A DNA stretch of 64,000 nucleotides from Dicyema japonicum (taxonomy: Eukaryota; Animalia; Dicyemida): contig RDEW01000053.1 of NCBI GenBank assembly GCA_011109175.1, forward strand, positions 1-64,000, written 5' to 3'. Below, piece after piece: positions 40,901 through 54,276 of this stretch. Both the position numbers and the translations under genes were made by a program. Each line of letters begins with the position of its first letter. Within the stretch, counting starts at the first letter, position 1. The notes under the pieces are model-generated. The model was not told where the DNA came from. It saw only the letters and a program-made list of their open reading frames with translations, and did not search any database.

Positions 40901-41048
40901 TAATGAACTCTAACCTCTCCGGTATATTCAAGGTTATTAAATGAATAAATTTCCCCACCTTGTTACCAAATGATCTTGTCTTCATTTTTTAAATGATTAA
41001 GCAGCCAAACTCTTTTAGGGAAGAATAAACTGATTAAGGTAAAGACAA

Positions 41049-41387
41049 TTATTTATTATCCAAGCCAATTAGAGTATCGACATCATCATACATCCAGTTA
41101 GTCTCATGAATATAAGTCAAATACTTCTCCAAATGTTTCATTCTAGATTTATGGCAGGCTTTACTAATACTAATGTGTCACCATGTTTATGACGGTCTTT
41201 GTACTTTCCCAGTTCATAATTCAAGTATTTTTTTACCGAAATTTCTTTGATAATGTCTACCAAAAACCTTCTATCAGATCCTGCTTTTTCGGTGTTACTC
41301 CCGGTTGCGATCGATTGCCAACAGGAGACTGATCCTTTTGTCCAAAATCTAAAAATAACACACACAACAACCCAATCTACGAGCCAT
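41049..41387 (-). CDS. 80-aa orphan microprotein
   Basis: MARRL|DFGQKDQSPVGNRSQPGVTPKKQDLIE|EISVKKYLNYELGKYKDRHKHGDTL|NETFGE|TNWMYDDVDTLIGLDNK*; four GT-AG introns of 23,23,28,22 nt. Confidence 0.7.
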
Positions 41388-41849
41388 TTAATTTAAATAT
41401 TAACAGATAATATTTTTATATTTTATTAAATATTTTAAAAAGATAACCTCTTCTGACACCATTAAAAATGTATTTACTGCCTAAAACATTTGTCCCAAAT
41501 CTTTTAACATTCGTGAACTAAAGAATAGATTCACGGAAATTCCGCGTTAAAATCTTACACGGTTCATAGCCTTAAACAACAAGAGGACAGTAAAGTGATG
41601 ATTTGGACAAGGATCCTTTGTTTACAGAGAAAATTTTCACTAATTATTGGCTAAAGATCTGGAACTGATAATTTGGCTTCTTAGCCAGTGTGCTAACTAA
41701 TTCTCTCCTTGGTCTCTTAAAAATGTTTCGGTCGATAGATTGAGCTCGTGAAGTAGCTTTGGTGCATTGTTGGTTAGTGCTATTACACTTAATATCTTCA
41801 TCCCCTCAGATTGACACAACCTCTAGTCTCCCTTTTTAATGCAGACATC

Positions 41850-44330
41850 TGAAACACAAAGGTTAGAAATAGGAAAGATTTGGAAGCGCTAATGTCCCAA
41901 TTCGAATCCCAGTTGGCCCAAAATTTAAAAAAACGAAGGTTAGTAGTCACCCCGACCTCACAGGAGGCCGGTCGCCATCAAGTGCTATTCTCTCCCACAA
42001 GTCCGTGGAGCTATGCAATCTCACAACAATTACTGTCGAGATCGCATGCTCCGAAGTCAAGGGACCATTTCATTATTCCACAATCTCTAATTACTCAACT
42101 TGTTTCCAACTCCCGAATCTTAAATGCAAAAAATCCTGACGATCTTGCACACATCATCTAAAAAATTGAACGGGTTTTTGCTTTTCCATTTTCTTTTGTC
42201 TGTTGTCACGAAGATTGCTGAAAGAGTTCTGCTATTTTATTCAACCCGTACTGTCATTTCCCGAATTCCAACAAAGTCCTTATTGTTCGGCTACAACCCA
42301 TCTTTCTAAACTGATTCAATTTATTTTTTCCTATCTGGCCGTCCTGGAAGTTCTTTTACTACTCTTATTATCGATACCTTCCAAACGGCGTTCCTCGGTC
42401 CTATCTCAGGCCTTATTTAAATTTCAAATATCAGGCTTACCAACAAATCAGAACAAATTTTTTAAGCCTATGATATCATAATTGCCTCAATCCACAGCTC
42501 GTAACCGTCGCTTCTATAGTCCTGAAGAACATATTGATATGTTTTTTTCTTCGATGGACCAAAATCGCATTCCTTCTAACGAAAAGTCATCAATAACGCT
42601 TTTCACTACAGACCGGCACAGCGCTCTCCTTCATCTGGTCAAATTCCTAAAGTAGTTGGTGTGATATTTGATACTTCTTTATTTTCAAAAAATGTATATG
42701 CAAAAAAATCTCAGAATAAGCTCAACTTACTCCGGGTCGTGGCAGGTACGTCATTTGGTCATAGCAAAGGGAGCTTGACCATTATCATTAGACAATTTAC
42801 AACGATGAACTGTGATGTTCAGGCCTGGGGTCACGTCGAGACATCCACCTCACAGAACCAAATACACGTGTCAGATCGATTGAAGGGTCCGCTCTTGGCT
42901 GTGGCGTTCTTGTTAGCCATCGGTTTATTTTACTCGAAGGGAGCGGGGGTAAATCTAATAGGATCATCGATGAAAGAGACACGAACCAAAAGGTCCATAT
43001 AATAGTCATATTATAATTTGCCAAATCACAAATATGCCAAAAGAAGACTTACAAAGGACACATATCTTTGAAAACGCGGTACATCTAAAAGAATCACTGA
43101 CGACATATAAACTACTTATAAGTGCTAATAATCATGGTAGTTTACCGAATCACCAGATTTCCTAATAGATGACTTACCTCTGATCAACTCTAAGCCTTAT
43201 ATATTCTACATCAAAGATTATGGAACGGACTGTATTCAAGAGATTGAATCGGCATATAGAAGAGAGTAACTTTTTACGACCGTACCAATGGGGTTTTCGT
43301 CCGGGGAGATCGTGCGGAAATTGTATTCACTCACTAAATTACAAAATTACAAATGCATTTGAGAAGAAAAGCCAGTTAAGCCTTGATTGCCTTGACATCT
43401 CGGAGGCGTTCGACAGTGTATGACATGAAACCCTTGTTTTGTCAACTTGTACGATCAAAGATATCCAAACAAATATTCCTATGGTTGAAAGACTATTTGA
43501 CTGGGAGGATATCTTATGTGGTAGTCGGTGGAAGATATTCTGATGGTATATCATTTAAAAAGGGGAGTGCCACATGGATCTATTTTAAGCCCCCTGTTAT
43601 TCAACGTATTTATGGAAGATTTTCCGTCACTGCTAGACGTCAGGACATTTTAATCTTCGATTCGTCTTGAGGGCATACCTTTCAGAGCGGGACTAGGAGC
43701 TTTTTTTTTTTTGTCGACAAAGTCCAGGATTGGTGTGATCGGAGAGCCCTGAAATTCTCCACACAAAAAGTCCAGTTATTTACGGATAAGCAGGCTGGGT
43801 AGGCATCACGTTGAGCCCTACCTTTTCGTATACAGAGAGTTTTATCCCTGAAATACTTTGGGATTGTAGTAGATGGGAGAAGGTCATATCTAAAGGACAT
43901 CGAAGAGCGAAGAAAGAAAGCTGTGCACTGTTCTGCACTAGAAGCTTAAAATTGGATGGTTATACCATGCTCTTTGTTTTTCGGAATGTGATTCTCCCAA
44001 GACTTATCTACGGAACCAAGGATGGTTTTACAGCCCCTCGAGAGAAAGGATCCTCGCTCGACTAGAGAAAAAAGCGAGCGGCGATCAAACTATCCCTTGG
44101 GAAGAAATTGTACGAAGGCCTGACTGAGGAAGAGAACAAACTTGTCAGGCCAGTCAAGGAAGATGTTCAAATCAGGATGTGTAACTTACAAGACCAGCAG
44201 ATGGATGGTTAGCAAGGAAAGGAGGTACCGGGATGAACAGTCCAAGCCAACTGGCGGACTGATAGCATCTATTCCGTAACTTGTACAAATAGATGACTTA
44301 TAAAAACTGACCTTGGATGATTACCGACAA
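41850..44330 (+). mobile_element. Two adjacent degenerate Jockey/I-like LINE RT fragments
   Basis: VTKIAERV, KLNLLRVVAG; then MERTVFKRL...QWGFRPGRSC, LDISEAFDSV. Confidence 0.75.
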
Positions 44331-44620
44331 AAGGGCCGCGATTTAAAGATTATCCTGGTAATTGACTGATTTGCCGAAAATAAGACGACTTTATTTATTA
44401 AGCCCAGGTTTAAAATCTTTGGTAAGCGCAGCAAAAACAGTCACAGCTAAATATTCCAAGTAAGGAACCCAAGGGAGAACGTTTGCTTGTCCTGACCAAT
44501 TACATCCTCCAATAGTCCATTACAGTCTTCCACTTTGGAAGAGATGTGAAAAAGTAGATCCACCCTCTTCCATTTTCGGCGCAAGTCCTACCATCGCAGA
44601 CATCATCTCATTCTTTAGCG

Positions 44621-45026
44621 CAGTGGTTCTCAACCGTTTTCCCACCTTCCACTTTGAAATTTCATCGCCCATGAGTAAACTTAACTTTTTAGAATTTTAC
44701 TAAATTAATCTCATTTATGTATTTAGCTCGTTAACGAATAATTTTATTTAAAAATGAAATGATCACTGACTAATGTGATCCCAATCTATGGGAGCGACCA
44801 ACAAATGCTGCGTCCTATTTAATACCTGCGGGCCTCCTACAAGTTAGTGAGGCTGGGGTTACTTAACTACCTAACTATCCTTGAAACTGATGACTTAGCA
44901 CTAATCATTGACTAATGTGATCTTTCTATAAAAATTAAAAAAATCAATAATTAAAAATCCTACGTCCCAAATTTAGAATTCCACCACCCAAAAGTAAAAA
45001 TCGCTCAATTTGGGCTGAGAACCACT
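44621..45026. mobile_element. hAT MITE carrying a 128-bp nested insertion
   Basis: TIRs cagtggttctcaacc / ggctgagaaccact; TSD ctttagcg vs ctttggcg; inner 44781-44908 flanked by 14-bp TSD tgactaatgtgatc. Confidence 0.85.
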
Positions 45027-45169
45027 CTTTGGCGGAAGAGTTTTCATAATAGAAAATCTTCACCAGTGGACGCCACGGAGAACTCAATAAAACAGGAAAA
45101 TTCAAAAAAGAGCATATTCACAACAATAAGTAATTTAATATAAAAAGAGTCAATACGACCTCCAAACAC

Positions 45170-46485
45170 TTAGATCACCGAGTTTACGCGAAGTTTGATA
45201 AACTGAATTTTTGGAAGCTTATAATTCCACGTCGCATCAATCAAGTAGCAGTCATATTTAAACACGTGGTAAATCTAAAAGATAACATTTACGTCTCACG
45301 GAAGGAAAGTTCTCAATCATAATCCCCGTAATTTCACTGACGGCCTTAGTGACTCCCAGTAATCCGTCAACTCCAACGGAATTTGCAGTCAAATCAAAAA
45401 ATATGGGCGAAAATATGACTCCCAGAGAACTAGCAGTCATCTTATTCGCACGTGAATTTTCTGCGACCTTGGACAAATGGCGAAGAATGAAAAACAGCAA
45501 TTTCAATGAAAAGTTGTCGAATTCGGCCATTTTGTTAATCAGGTAAACCACCAAAATCATGGGTCTCCCATTTTTGTTGTATATTTCCAGCAATTCCCCT
45601 AGAATGTCTAAATTTTAGCCAAAAGCCACTGTTTAATCCAAAATGACTGGAAAAGCTGCGAAGCACACATTTAAGAAGACAGAAAATCACAACAGAGTCC
45701 TCCCAAAAGGGGGATTCAAAAGTCCAGTGGTGAACATCCTGAATATCGACAAACTCCACCTTATTAAGCACAGAAATCAGCTCAGCTATATTCTGGCTGT
45801 TCGTGCAAATTCTGTAGATTCCTTCCACGTGCATTGAGTAGTTCTCAATGTAGGAGACGAGCAAGTCCAGTACAAAGGGGATTCCGTCTATTTGAGGCGA
45901 CGGAGTGAAGTTCTTCCTATCGAACACGAACTCGTTCTTGGCCCCAAGTCGATTCATTTTGAAATTTTTGAATAATTTAAAAACTTGGTTAAAACCAAAA
46001 ACTACAAAAGTCAGATGTACCCGAAGTGAAGTTCAGCATGTTTCTGAAAATCTTATTGCACGTGTCTGAACCTCTATGAATAAATCCCAGCGTATACTTT
46101 CTTGGGTTGTCTCCTCTGTGGATCTCCCGTCTTGCAGGGATCAGTCCATTGTGTGACCTACACGTGTTTAATGAAGAAAGCACGAATATATATTGATTAT
46201 ATTGTGAATATGTCAAATGAATTGTTTACTTTTAGCAGTCTTTACTTGACTTTGAAGAAATTTTGAGTCACAGTTTTTCACCTGCGCGGTTTTGGCGAAT
46301 CTGTCGTGGCCAATGATAATATATTTATTCAGATTTTTTGTGGATTTGGCACGTGGAAGGAGTCTGAGATAATGTTGAGAGTTTAGAGCATCTTTAAATC
46401 CATTTGATTTTGTGTACGGCTTTTGGAAAATATATTGAGGATTTTCGAATATTTTCATGGTTTTCTTATGAACGTCCATATTCAT
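45170..46485 (-). CDS. RhoGAP domain protein; N-terminal exons uncertain
   Basis: GIPFVL...IE...VEGIYRI, LLKCVLRSF, LRHLSKVAENSRANKMTASSLGVIFSP; 22-nt intron joins the two ORFs, a 19-nt intron (46002-46020) links upstream coding sequence, probable 25-nt terminal intron. Confidence 0.85.
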
Positions 46486-47394
46486 AAAGTAATTATTTAT
46501 TTTATTATTTTTTAAATTATTTTAATTAATAAATACTAAATAATTAAAAAAATATTTGTTTTTAAGTCATAAATTATTATTAAAAAAGTAACTTCACTAA
46601 GCTGATCAAACTGGAATAAGACGGTAGAATTCAAAAGAAACTTTCTTAGAAAACGTCTATTGTCTTATTCCGTACCTCTAGCTTTTTTTTGAACCCTTAT
46701 AACATAATTGAGTATTTGGAACTAAGGCTTCAGATAATGAAATGTCTCGGCGTGAATCCTGGCTGCCAATAATGATGCATTAAGCGTGAAATGTTGTATC
46801 GTGTAAGTGACTGCTTTTATGTTACCACGTAACATGGGATATGGCTAACCTTCAATCATTCGGAGTGTTGACCATTCTTAATTGTTATAATGTGACTCAT
46901 TCAGTCCAATTATGAAATTATTTTGTCTTATCTTATCGCTAAACGAAATTGCAGACTGATAAACACTCCATCTTGAGTTGTATTAGAGCGACGATGAAAG
47001 CTTATTACTAAGGAATGGTGTACAACAGTTGAGATATGTGTGGTCTCATCACTGAGGCTCATAACAGACATTCCATATTACGGTGGAGACTATATTCTCC
47101 GCAGACTGGGGTTAAGGATAATTCATCATAATCACAATTCTAGTGGCTGCAAAATTTAATCCGATTTTAATAACCGGCTTGCAGGGCTACAAAAGGGTGA
47201 ACCTAGAATGATAGAATGGCTCTTCCAGAACATTGGGATCGTGATCATGAGAGTTAACTCCCATTGCGTGCTCAATGCCAGCAGACCATAATGAAGACCT
47301 ACTAACTTATTTTTATTTTAATAAATTTGTATTTAAAAAATAATTAAATTACTCGTATATTTTATCTTATTGAAAAAGTCTAAAAGAAATAAAT

Positions 47395-49263
47395 ATGAGA
47401 AAATCAAATGCCACTGACACTAATGCGATAAAAGCCCTTCAAGGCGAAAGACAACGTGTCAGAAGAAAAATAAAGGGTTTGAACAAGAAGCTTTTCATAG
47501 AAGAAATAGCTCCTGTATAGAAGAAGTAAACAAAGTGAAAGACAACGCACAGGTGTACGTCGCTGCCCGTTTGCTGCGGCGAACGAACCGAAGTCGACTA
47601 ACCATAAAAGACGAGAACGGTAAGCTGATACTGAACACCAAAGAACAAACTGAAGCCATCGCGGCCCACTTTGAGAAGCTTTTCAACATCAAAACCATAG
47701 AAATCCACCCATTTGATGGAAGGCCAAGACCCCTTAAGATACCAATCACGGCCGAGGAAATCAAAACGGCCTGCCGAAAACTCAAGAATAACAGAAGCCC
47801 CGGACCAGATGCGATAAACCCAGAACTACTGAAATACGGCCCTGACCTCCTTTTTGAAAAAATCGCTACACTACTAAATGAAATGTTTTCAACTAACTCA
47901 ACTCTACCTCTGGGTACGGGACTACTAATCCCCATACAAAAAACTAACAAAAACAGAGGACCGCTCGAAAATTTGCGACCCATCATACTACTAAATTCAT
48001 TACGCAAAGTCTTGGCAAACATTGTGCTTGAACGAATAAAAGGACTGCTTACAAATACCTACCAGATAGTCAAAGTGGTTTTCGAGAAGGGAGATCCACA
48101 GCTGATGCGGTCTGGAGTCACAGATGGAGGTGTGCAACATATCAAAGATACCGTAACGCCACCAATATTTTGGGAATTGACCTATCAAGAGCTTTTGATA
48201 CGGTTAACAGGAACAAATTAATGGGGGTACTGGGCGGATTTCTTGATGAATCGAGTCTAAGGATGATCCGAATTCTACTTTCTAACACTGAGCTCCTTGT
48301 GAGAGTCGGAAAAACCTATTCAAGAAAATTTGAAACAAATACGGGCACTCCACAAGGAGACTCTCTTTCTCCTCTACTATTCACAATTTATTTGGAAGCC
48401 GCTATGAGGGAACTTAGACCGTCATACCAAGGAAAGACGGAAGAAGTAATCTACGCGGACGATGTAGACCTAATTTCTGAAGACAAAGAGGTCCTGGAAA
48501 ACCTATTAGAAAAAGCACCAGATGTACTAGGGAAATGGTTTCTTACTGTGAACAGAGAAAAACAGAACTCACAGAGATAAGAAGGATGAGTAACGTCCTA
48601 GAAGAGAAGTGGCGACAAGTAAAGAAACTCGGTTCACTTATGGGAGATAGCGAAGATATTTTACGTAGGAAAACTCTAGCCAATGCTGCGTTATATAAAC
48701 TGAAGAATTTATGGCTCAATCAAAAAGGCATCGACACAAAAATGAGAATCCTACTATACGACTCATTCATAAAACCCGTACTTTTATATAACGCTGGAAC
48801 TTGGGCGACCTCATCAGCGGATATGAAAAACTAGACTCGTTCCACAGAGGTCAACTGAGAAAAATAACAGGAACTACTTGGCCTACGAGAATATCTAGGA
48901 ATGCTTTATATAAGAGATGCAGCACTAGACCTATCAGCTTAGAAGTACTGGAATCCCGATGGAGGCTCTTCGGACACGTGCTGAGGATGGAATTAACTTC
49001 CCCACCGAACATATCTATGGAAACATACTATGTTAGTGAAGAAGGCCGCTATCGGGGAAGACCAAGAACAACACTGCCAATAGTCTTACAAAAAGACCTG
49101 GTCAGTATAAAAAAAACTAACAAATGCCGACGACCTGGACAGCATGAGAGCCTTGGCTAGAACAGGGGAGCATGGAAAAGGATGACATCTAACCTTGTTT
49201 CTTTTGCTGCACATGCGGGGCTATAATTAGTATGGCTCTTGTGAAGTGCTTAAATAATAATAA
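47395..49263 (+). mobile_element. RTE-like LINE, 5'-truncated
   Basis: KLKNNRSPGPD, RPIILLN, GTPQGDSLSP, YADD, WRLFGHVLR, RGRPRTTLP, (TAA)n tail. Confidence 0.92.
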
Positions 49264-49369
49264 TATCAGACTTTAGCATTAAATCTAAACCAAAGATAAG
49301 ATTAAAGGATTAACATTAATCTTATAAATCCAAGGATACTCCCTAAAACATTATTAAGATAATATATTG

Positions 49370-49630
49370 AGTCACCCTAAAGCTGTTGTGAGGATGATTC
49401 CTAACCAGGGAAGCCAAAGAGAGATCCGGCAAGCTACAGACTAATTAGCTTAATATGCTCTTTCGTGAGAGTGATTGAGCGTATCATTTTCAAAAGGCTA
49501 AGCAGACATATAGAAGAAAAAGACTTTCTGATGCCGGAGCAGTGGGGTTTTCGTCCCGGAAGAGGCTGTGCAGACTGTTTCTTTCTACTGAATTCTGAAA
49601 TCATGAAAGCAAGGGATTCCAAGAGACAAA
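49370..49630 (+). mobile_element. Jockey/I-like RT fragment
   Basis: IERIIFKRLSRHIEEKDFLMPEQWGFRPGR, homologous to 43220-43330. Confidence 0.75.
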
Positions 49631-49639
49631 TAAACCGTT

Positions 49640-52240
49640 AACGAAATTACGGACTTGACTTTTTTTCCGTTTATAAATTAAGATTTTTATTCATGATCGT
49701 TTCATTTTAAAGTAAGCGAGTTTAGAATAACAAATTATTTAAATAGTTAATTTTGGCTAATGTTAATGAATTAAAATGTCCCGCCACAACTAAAACTACA
49801 CGTGGTGGAAATAAATTCTAAAAATAAAACAGATTTTTTCTACTTTTAAAATTTTTTAAAATGTTATAAACATATGATTTTTATTTAACGAGAATCAAGG
49901 GATTATTTAATGTGAATCAAAAGAATATTTAATATTCCATGCAATTGCCTTTAGGGCTTCTCCTACTGTTTTTTTCCGTCCTGGCGATCCGAACATATAT
50001 TTAAACGTTTTTTTTGTCTATCAATCGTTTTTTATTTGTTCTTGTTGAAATTCTTTTTCCAAAGGAATCCTGGTCAATAATAGTTTTCGTCATTTTTTCT
50101 TCTTTTTGGATGACAATATCCAGTCAAATTGTATAATTTATTGTTCCACCCCTCACAATAGTTATTTGTTCTTTGTTTATTATTGAGTGTAGCTTCATAC
50201 ACATTCCATAAATTTGAAAAAACAATGGAGCAATGTGCTGTATTCTAAACAGCTAAGGGGTTTTCTCGATCATTTAAGCAACGATAATAACCACGAACAT
50301 ATGTTCTATCAAAATAATCTAATATATATTTCGAATCTGGAACATTTTCTGGTATATTATTCATTAGGAATTCTATTCCTTCTTCCATATCTTCAATGGG
50401 TAATAACGTAAGAGCGTCTATCATTGCGCAAAAAATGTTAAAATTAATATTTTCTTTATATTGTTTTACTAGATGTAATTCTTGAATTTTTCTCCAGGTT
50501 GACTGTCTTAGATGATAATAACATCCTCTAATATGTATTCGTCTCCCAAATACTGCAAGGACATCTCGAAATACCGAATCTTCAAAGTCTGTCATAATAG
50601 TTTCAAGACAAAATTCCAAATTCAAATTATGAATTGCATTTTGAATAGCCTCAAAAAATTCTTCTTAAATCTTTCGTGATTTAGAAGGTAATATTCCATA
50701 AATAACTGTAATTGCACTGGCATTGAACTGAATCCTGATAAAATAGATTTACTTGAAGATACATGGTGCCATGGAGAAATTTCCATCCATATACCATGAT
50801 TTTGAATTCGCCAATAACGTTAAATTAGTTTTGGTGCTGAATATTAATATTCTATCGGTTCTTCTATGATTATCATAAATTTTTTTTTAACGGAAAAGGG
50901 TAAATTTAAACAATAGAAGTCAGGTAGTTGCCGCCCTCACTGCGTGGCTGTTCCCTCTCAAAATTGCGAGCGAAATTCGCTCAAATAGCCAGCGGCGTTC
51001 ACGGAGATCTCCAGTGCATGAGGTGATCCGGTTTCCAAGACGTCCGAAAAACTCGAGTGTAGAGGGGGAGTAGGATCCGGAAGTCTCCATAGCAAGGGGA
51101 ACAAATTTGACATCATCGGGAAGGTCGACGTATTTAACGAGTTTGGCCTTCTCCGCCTTTACGGATGCTGAACAGGCCCTTGTAGCACTCGTGAAGATTT
51201 TTCTGGGCGAACGTGTCTGTACATGTCACATCCCAAACCAGTGGTTTCTCGGCCTCAAATGGAAATATGGTCATCCCGTCCGGTCGTTTCCCGTCACTTC
51301 TGCATAACCCGACCGGTTCAAGAATGGCCGAGTATCCAGCAGCATCCATATTATCATAAATTAAAAAATTTTCTGAATCTGGACCAAGAGTTAAAGTTAA
51401 AGACGATGGAATATCTCCGAGATCGAAAATATTTTTGGAATAAGTAGACAAGCGTTGATTCCTTAGTGTTCGCTTGAAAGAATCTTCAGAAGGGAGAATA
51501 ATTCCGGTTGCTGTTTCACATTGAGACACAAACTTTGAATAGATTTGTAAGGGATTTTCTTGACTCGTTTTAGCAATAAGTTTTGCTTCGTTGCACAATT
51601 TCATCAGTTTTATTTGACTTTCGTCAAATTCGTGATTGTGAGAGATTCATTCTTTGGGAAATTCAAAATTATGATCTGTTCTTAGGCTTCCTCTGCATCC
51701 TTGTGAAGATTTTTTCACACATTTAAAAATTATATAGTTTTTTGTGACCGAGTGTTTTGTATACATATAACCCTTAAAACAAATTTTCTTTCCTGCTTTG
51801 TTAGTTGATATTATCTCCATTTTGTCTCTTATTTTAGCGGCAAGCATAATATTTAAGATACGCTTAACAAAAAAATTAAACCAAAGCGAAAAAAGTCAAG
51901 GTCAAAAAGATTAAACCAAAACGAAAAAAGTCAAGTCAATTTTATTATTACCTTGAAATTCTTAAATTGATTTAGTCAAAGTCCGCTAACGAAATCACGG
52001 ACTTGACTTTTTTTCCGTTTTGCGCTAAATTTCGAAAATTTATAAGGGAAAAATTTTAAAAAATGGAAAAAAAGTCAAGCGGAAAAAAAGTCAAGTATTG
52101 AATTTTAAAAAATTAAAATGCTAGTAGTATCACAAAAATGCGATATAAACTAAAAAAAGACGACTTGAATTTTTTTCCGCTTGACTTTTTTTCTCCTTAC
52201 GGACTTGACTTTTTTTCCGCTTGACCTTTTTTCCGCACTC
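49640..52240 (-). mobile_element. MULE (Mutator-like) transposon with FLYWCH N-terminus
   Basis: KICFKGYMYTK...FKC....C.G.L...HNH, WYMDGNF, MTDFE, RGCYYHLRQS, YILDYFDRTY; terminal array of (c)ggaaaaaaagtcaag repeats at 51885-52240. Confidence 0.9.
50882..51349 (-). mobile_element. 5'-truncated CRE-like insertion inside the MULE ORF
   Basis: EPVGLCRSDGKRPDGMT...WDVTCTD; poly(A); 13-bp TSD attatcataaatt at 50869-50881 and 51350-51362. Confidence 0.9.
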
Positions 52241-52244
52241 CAAT

Positions 52245-53170
52245 AAAAAGACCAGTGTTCGAATGTATTTAAAAAAAGAATACTGTTCAGAACGCTATAG
52301 ATATTCCTAATCAAAGTAATTAAAAGTCTTTACTGGAAGCAACTGCCCAGTAAGTGGATATGACTCACTAGTGGTCTTTCTTGAGATCACTAATCCTCCG
52401 TTTGGAAAGATTCATTGTTCTAGCACTATGGCAATTTGGAAATTTCACACGAAGCTCGAATTATCCTGAAGAAATCCGACTCTCTCACACTAGAATACTC
52501 CAATATTAACCTCCGTAATGCTTTTACTACGGAGCTTGGTAAAAGTTCCTCATTTGGCGTGAATAGGCAGAAGTTTCCACACTGAGTTTACGTCCATCTG
52601 AAGTGGTTCTGAAGGGATCCCCTCATGGTTTACTGACGAAGATCTTAGTGTATTCTTATTGGAGATTCTTCAGCCAGGATTTTTTTCCGTCGTTTCAAGA
52701 AAAATAATTACAACCTTGGTGTTGGAAAATTGGCTGTCAAGGCAACGTCTCTTATAATATTTGGATTACATGTTGGTTTCCAGAAAATTCGATGTGAATG
52801 GTATCAAGACTCTGCAATCAGATGATTCGGATGCCAAAAATTTGGCCACGTTGCATCTCGATGCATTGAAAAGGAGAAATGCCTTATTTGCTGCGAGGAT
52901 CCGGGAAAGAGTATTTGTCCTTCCAAAGATCGTAGAAGAAATGAATTAACTGCGAGACTGTCGGTAACCTCCCGTGTAATGGAGGTTGGCCGGTGGCAAA
53001 GACCGCTACTCAAAAAACTAATCGTCATGAAGAAAAATTGACTGTGAATAAGAATACTATCAAGCATGTCTAAGACACTGTTTGGTAAATTAACAAGTAG
53101 ACAATCTGTTGCTTGTATGAGTCTTCGAGACAGAGTTTCTTGGACCCCAAAGAATGGACGATGTAACTAA
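52245..53170 (+). mobile_element. Degenerate Jockey/I-like LINE 3' part
   Basis: Decayed RT-like segments; (TAAC)n-like tail near 53165. Confidence 0.45.
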
Positions 53171-53559
53171 CTAGAGTTGACGTTGTTTTTTAAAAACGAA
53201 ATTGAATAATTTTTTATAATAAATTATTCGATTGTGAACCAAAATGAATGACAGAACTAATCACTTAGAATTTGAGACTGATAACTACGACTTAGCGTCC
53301 TATAAAAAAGCTACACTGTTACCACTTCCAGGGTGGCTCTGGGTAGTTAAAGTACAGGACTACTAAAATTCCTAGATCTCCTTTTCAGACCAGTTTATTA
53401 TTCTTTTGGAGAGATTCTTGGCTCTCCGATTTGTTTGCCCTGAATCTCCATGACTCGAGTGGAAGATATTTGTGAACAACCTGACTTTGCATCGCGTTTT
53501 TTAGTAGTAACCAGATTTCTACATGTTTGAAGTTACAATTTAATTTACCTAACGAACCC

Positions 53560-54020
53560 CCAGGCACCTTCCTGGGACGTTATTTGATGACAACTTCACG
53601 AGTATAGGGTTATGCGTCCGCCTAGAAGTGGATGTTTGCGTGACTCACATGTAGATGCGGAAGGATGGTCTACGTTAAAGGTCTTCACGCCCTCTTCTGT
53701 GGGAGAAATGCTGATAGGAGCCCAAGACGCAGAGCCATCAACGGAGTTATTGTGTGGGGACTGGAAACAGCCGGATTCCCGACTCAGTTGGAGCCTCTCG
53801 AACTGGCATAGCCAACAAAAGACCCGATGAGACAATTCTTTTTCCATGGGAAAGCGGTAGATACCTAGACCGGGACACCACCTGTGTAGATAGCCTTTCC
53901 TCCAACCTTGCACTGACGAGAATTCACCCAGGATCAACCTTTGAAAGGCCCGAGACCATTAAGAAAAAGGACTACGACAGTCTCGGTGGACTGAACATCT
54001 GCAAAATTAGAGTCTTCTAG
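53560..54020 (+). mobile_element. CRE-like RLE fragment
   Basis: KRPD.TILFPWESGRYLDRDTTCVDS, ETIKKKDYDSL. Confidence 0.8.
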
Positions 54021-54276
54021 TGATATTGTACGCTTCAATAATATCTTTAAAATAAAAAACGTGGTGGTTGGGGCCTGAAAACTTCAAAGTTCACTTAAAT
54101 CTGAATGCCAAAATAGGGAACCCCAAATCGTACGGCCTACGTGTAGGTCCAGACTAACTCCGCTGTTGAATCCTGAACTCGCCTATTACCGAGTGCCTGC
54201 TATAATGCCAGTGAAATTAAAAAAAACGAAAAATAGTCAAATTAACGTATAATCATAAATAGACAATCTCATACAA

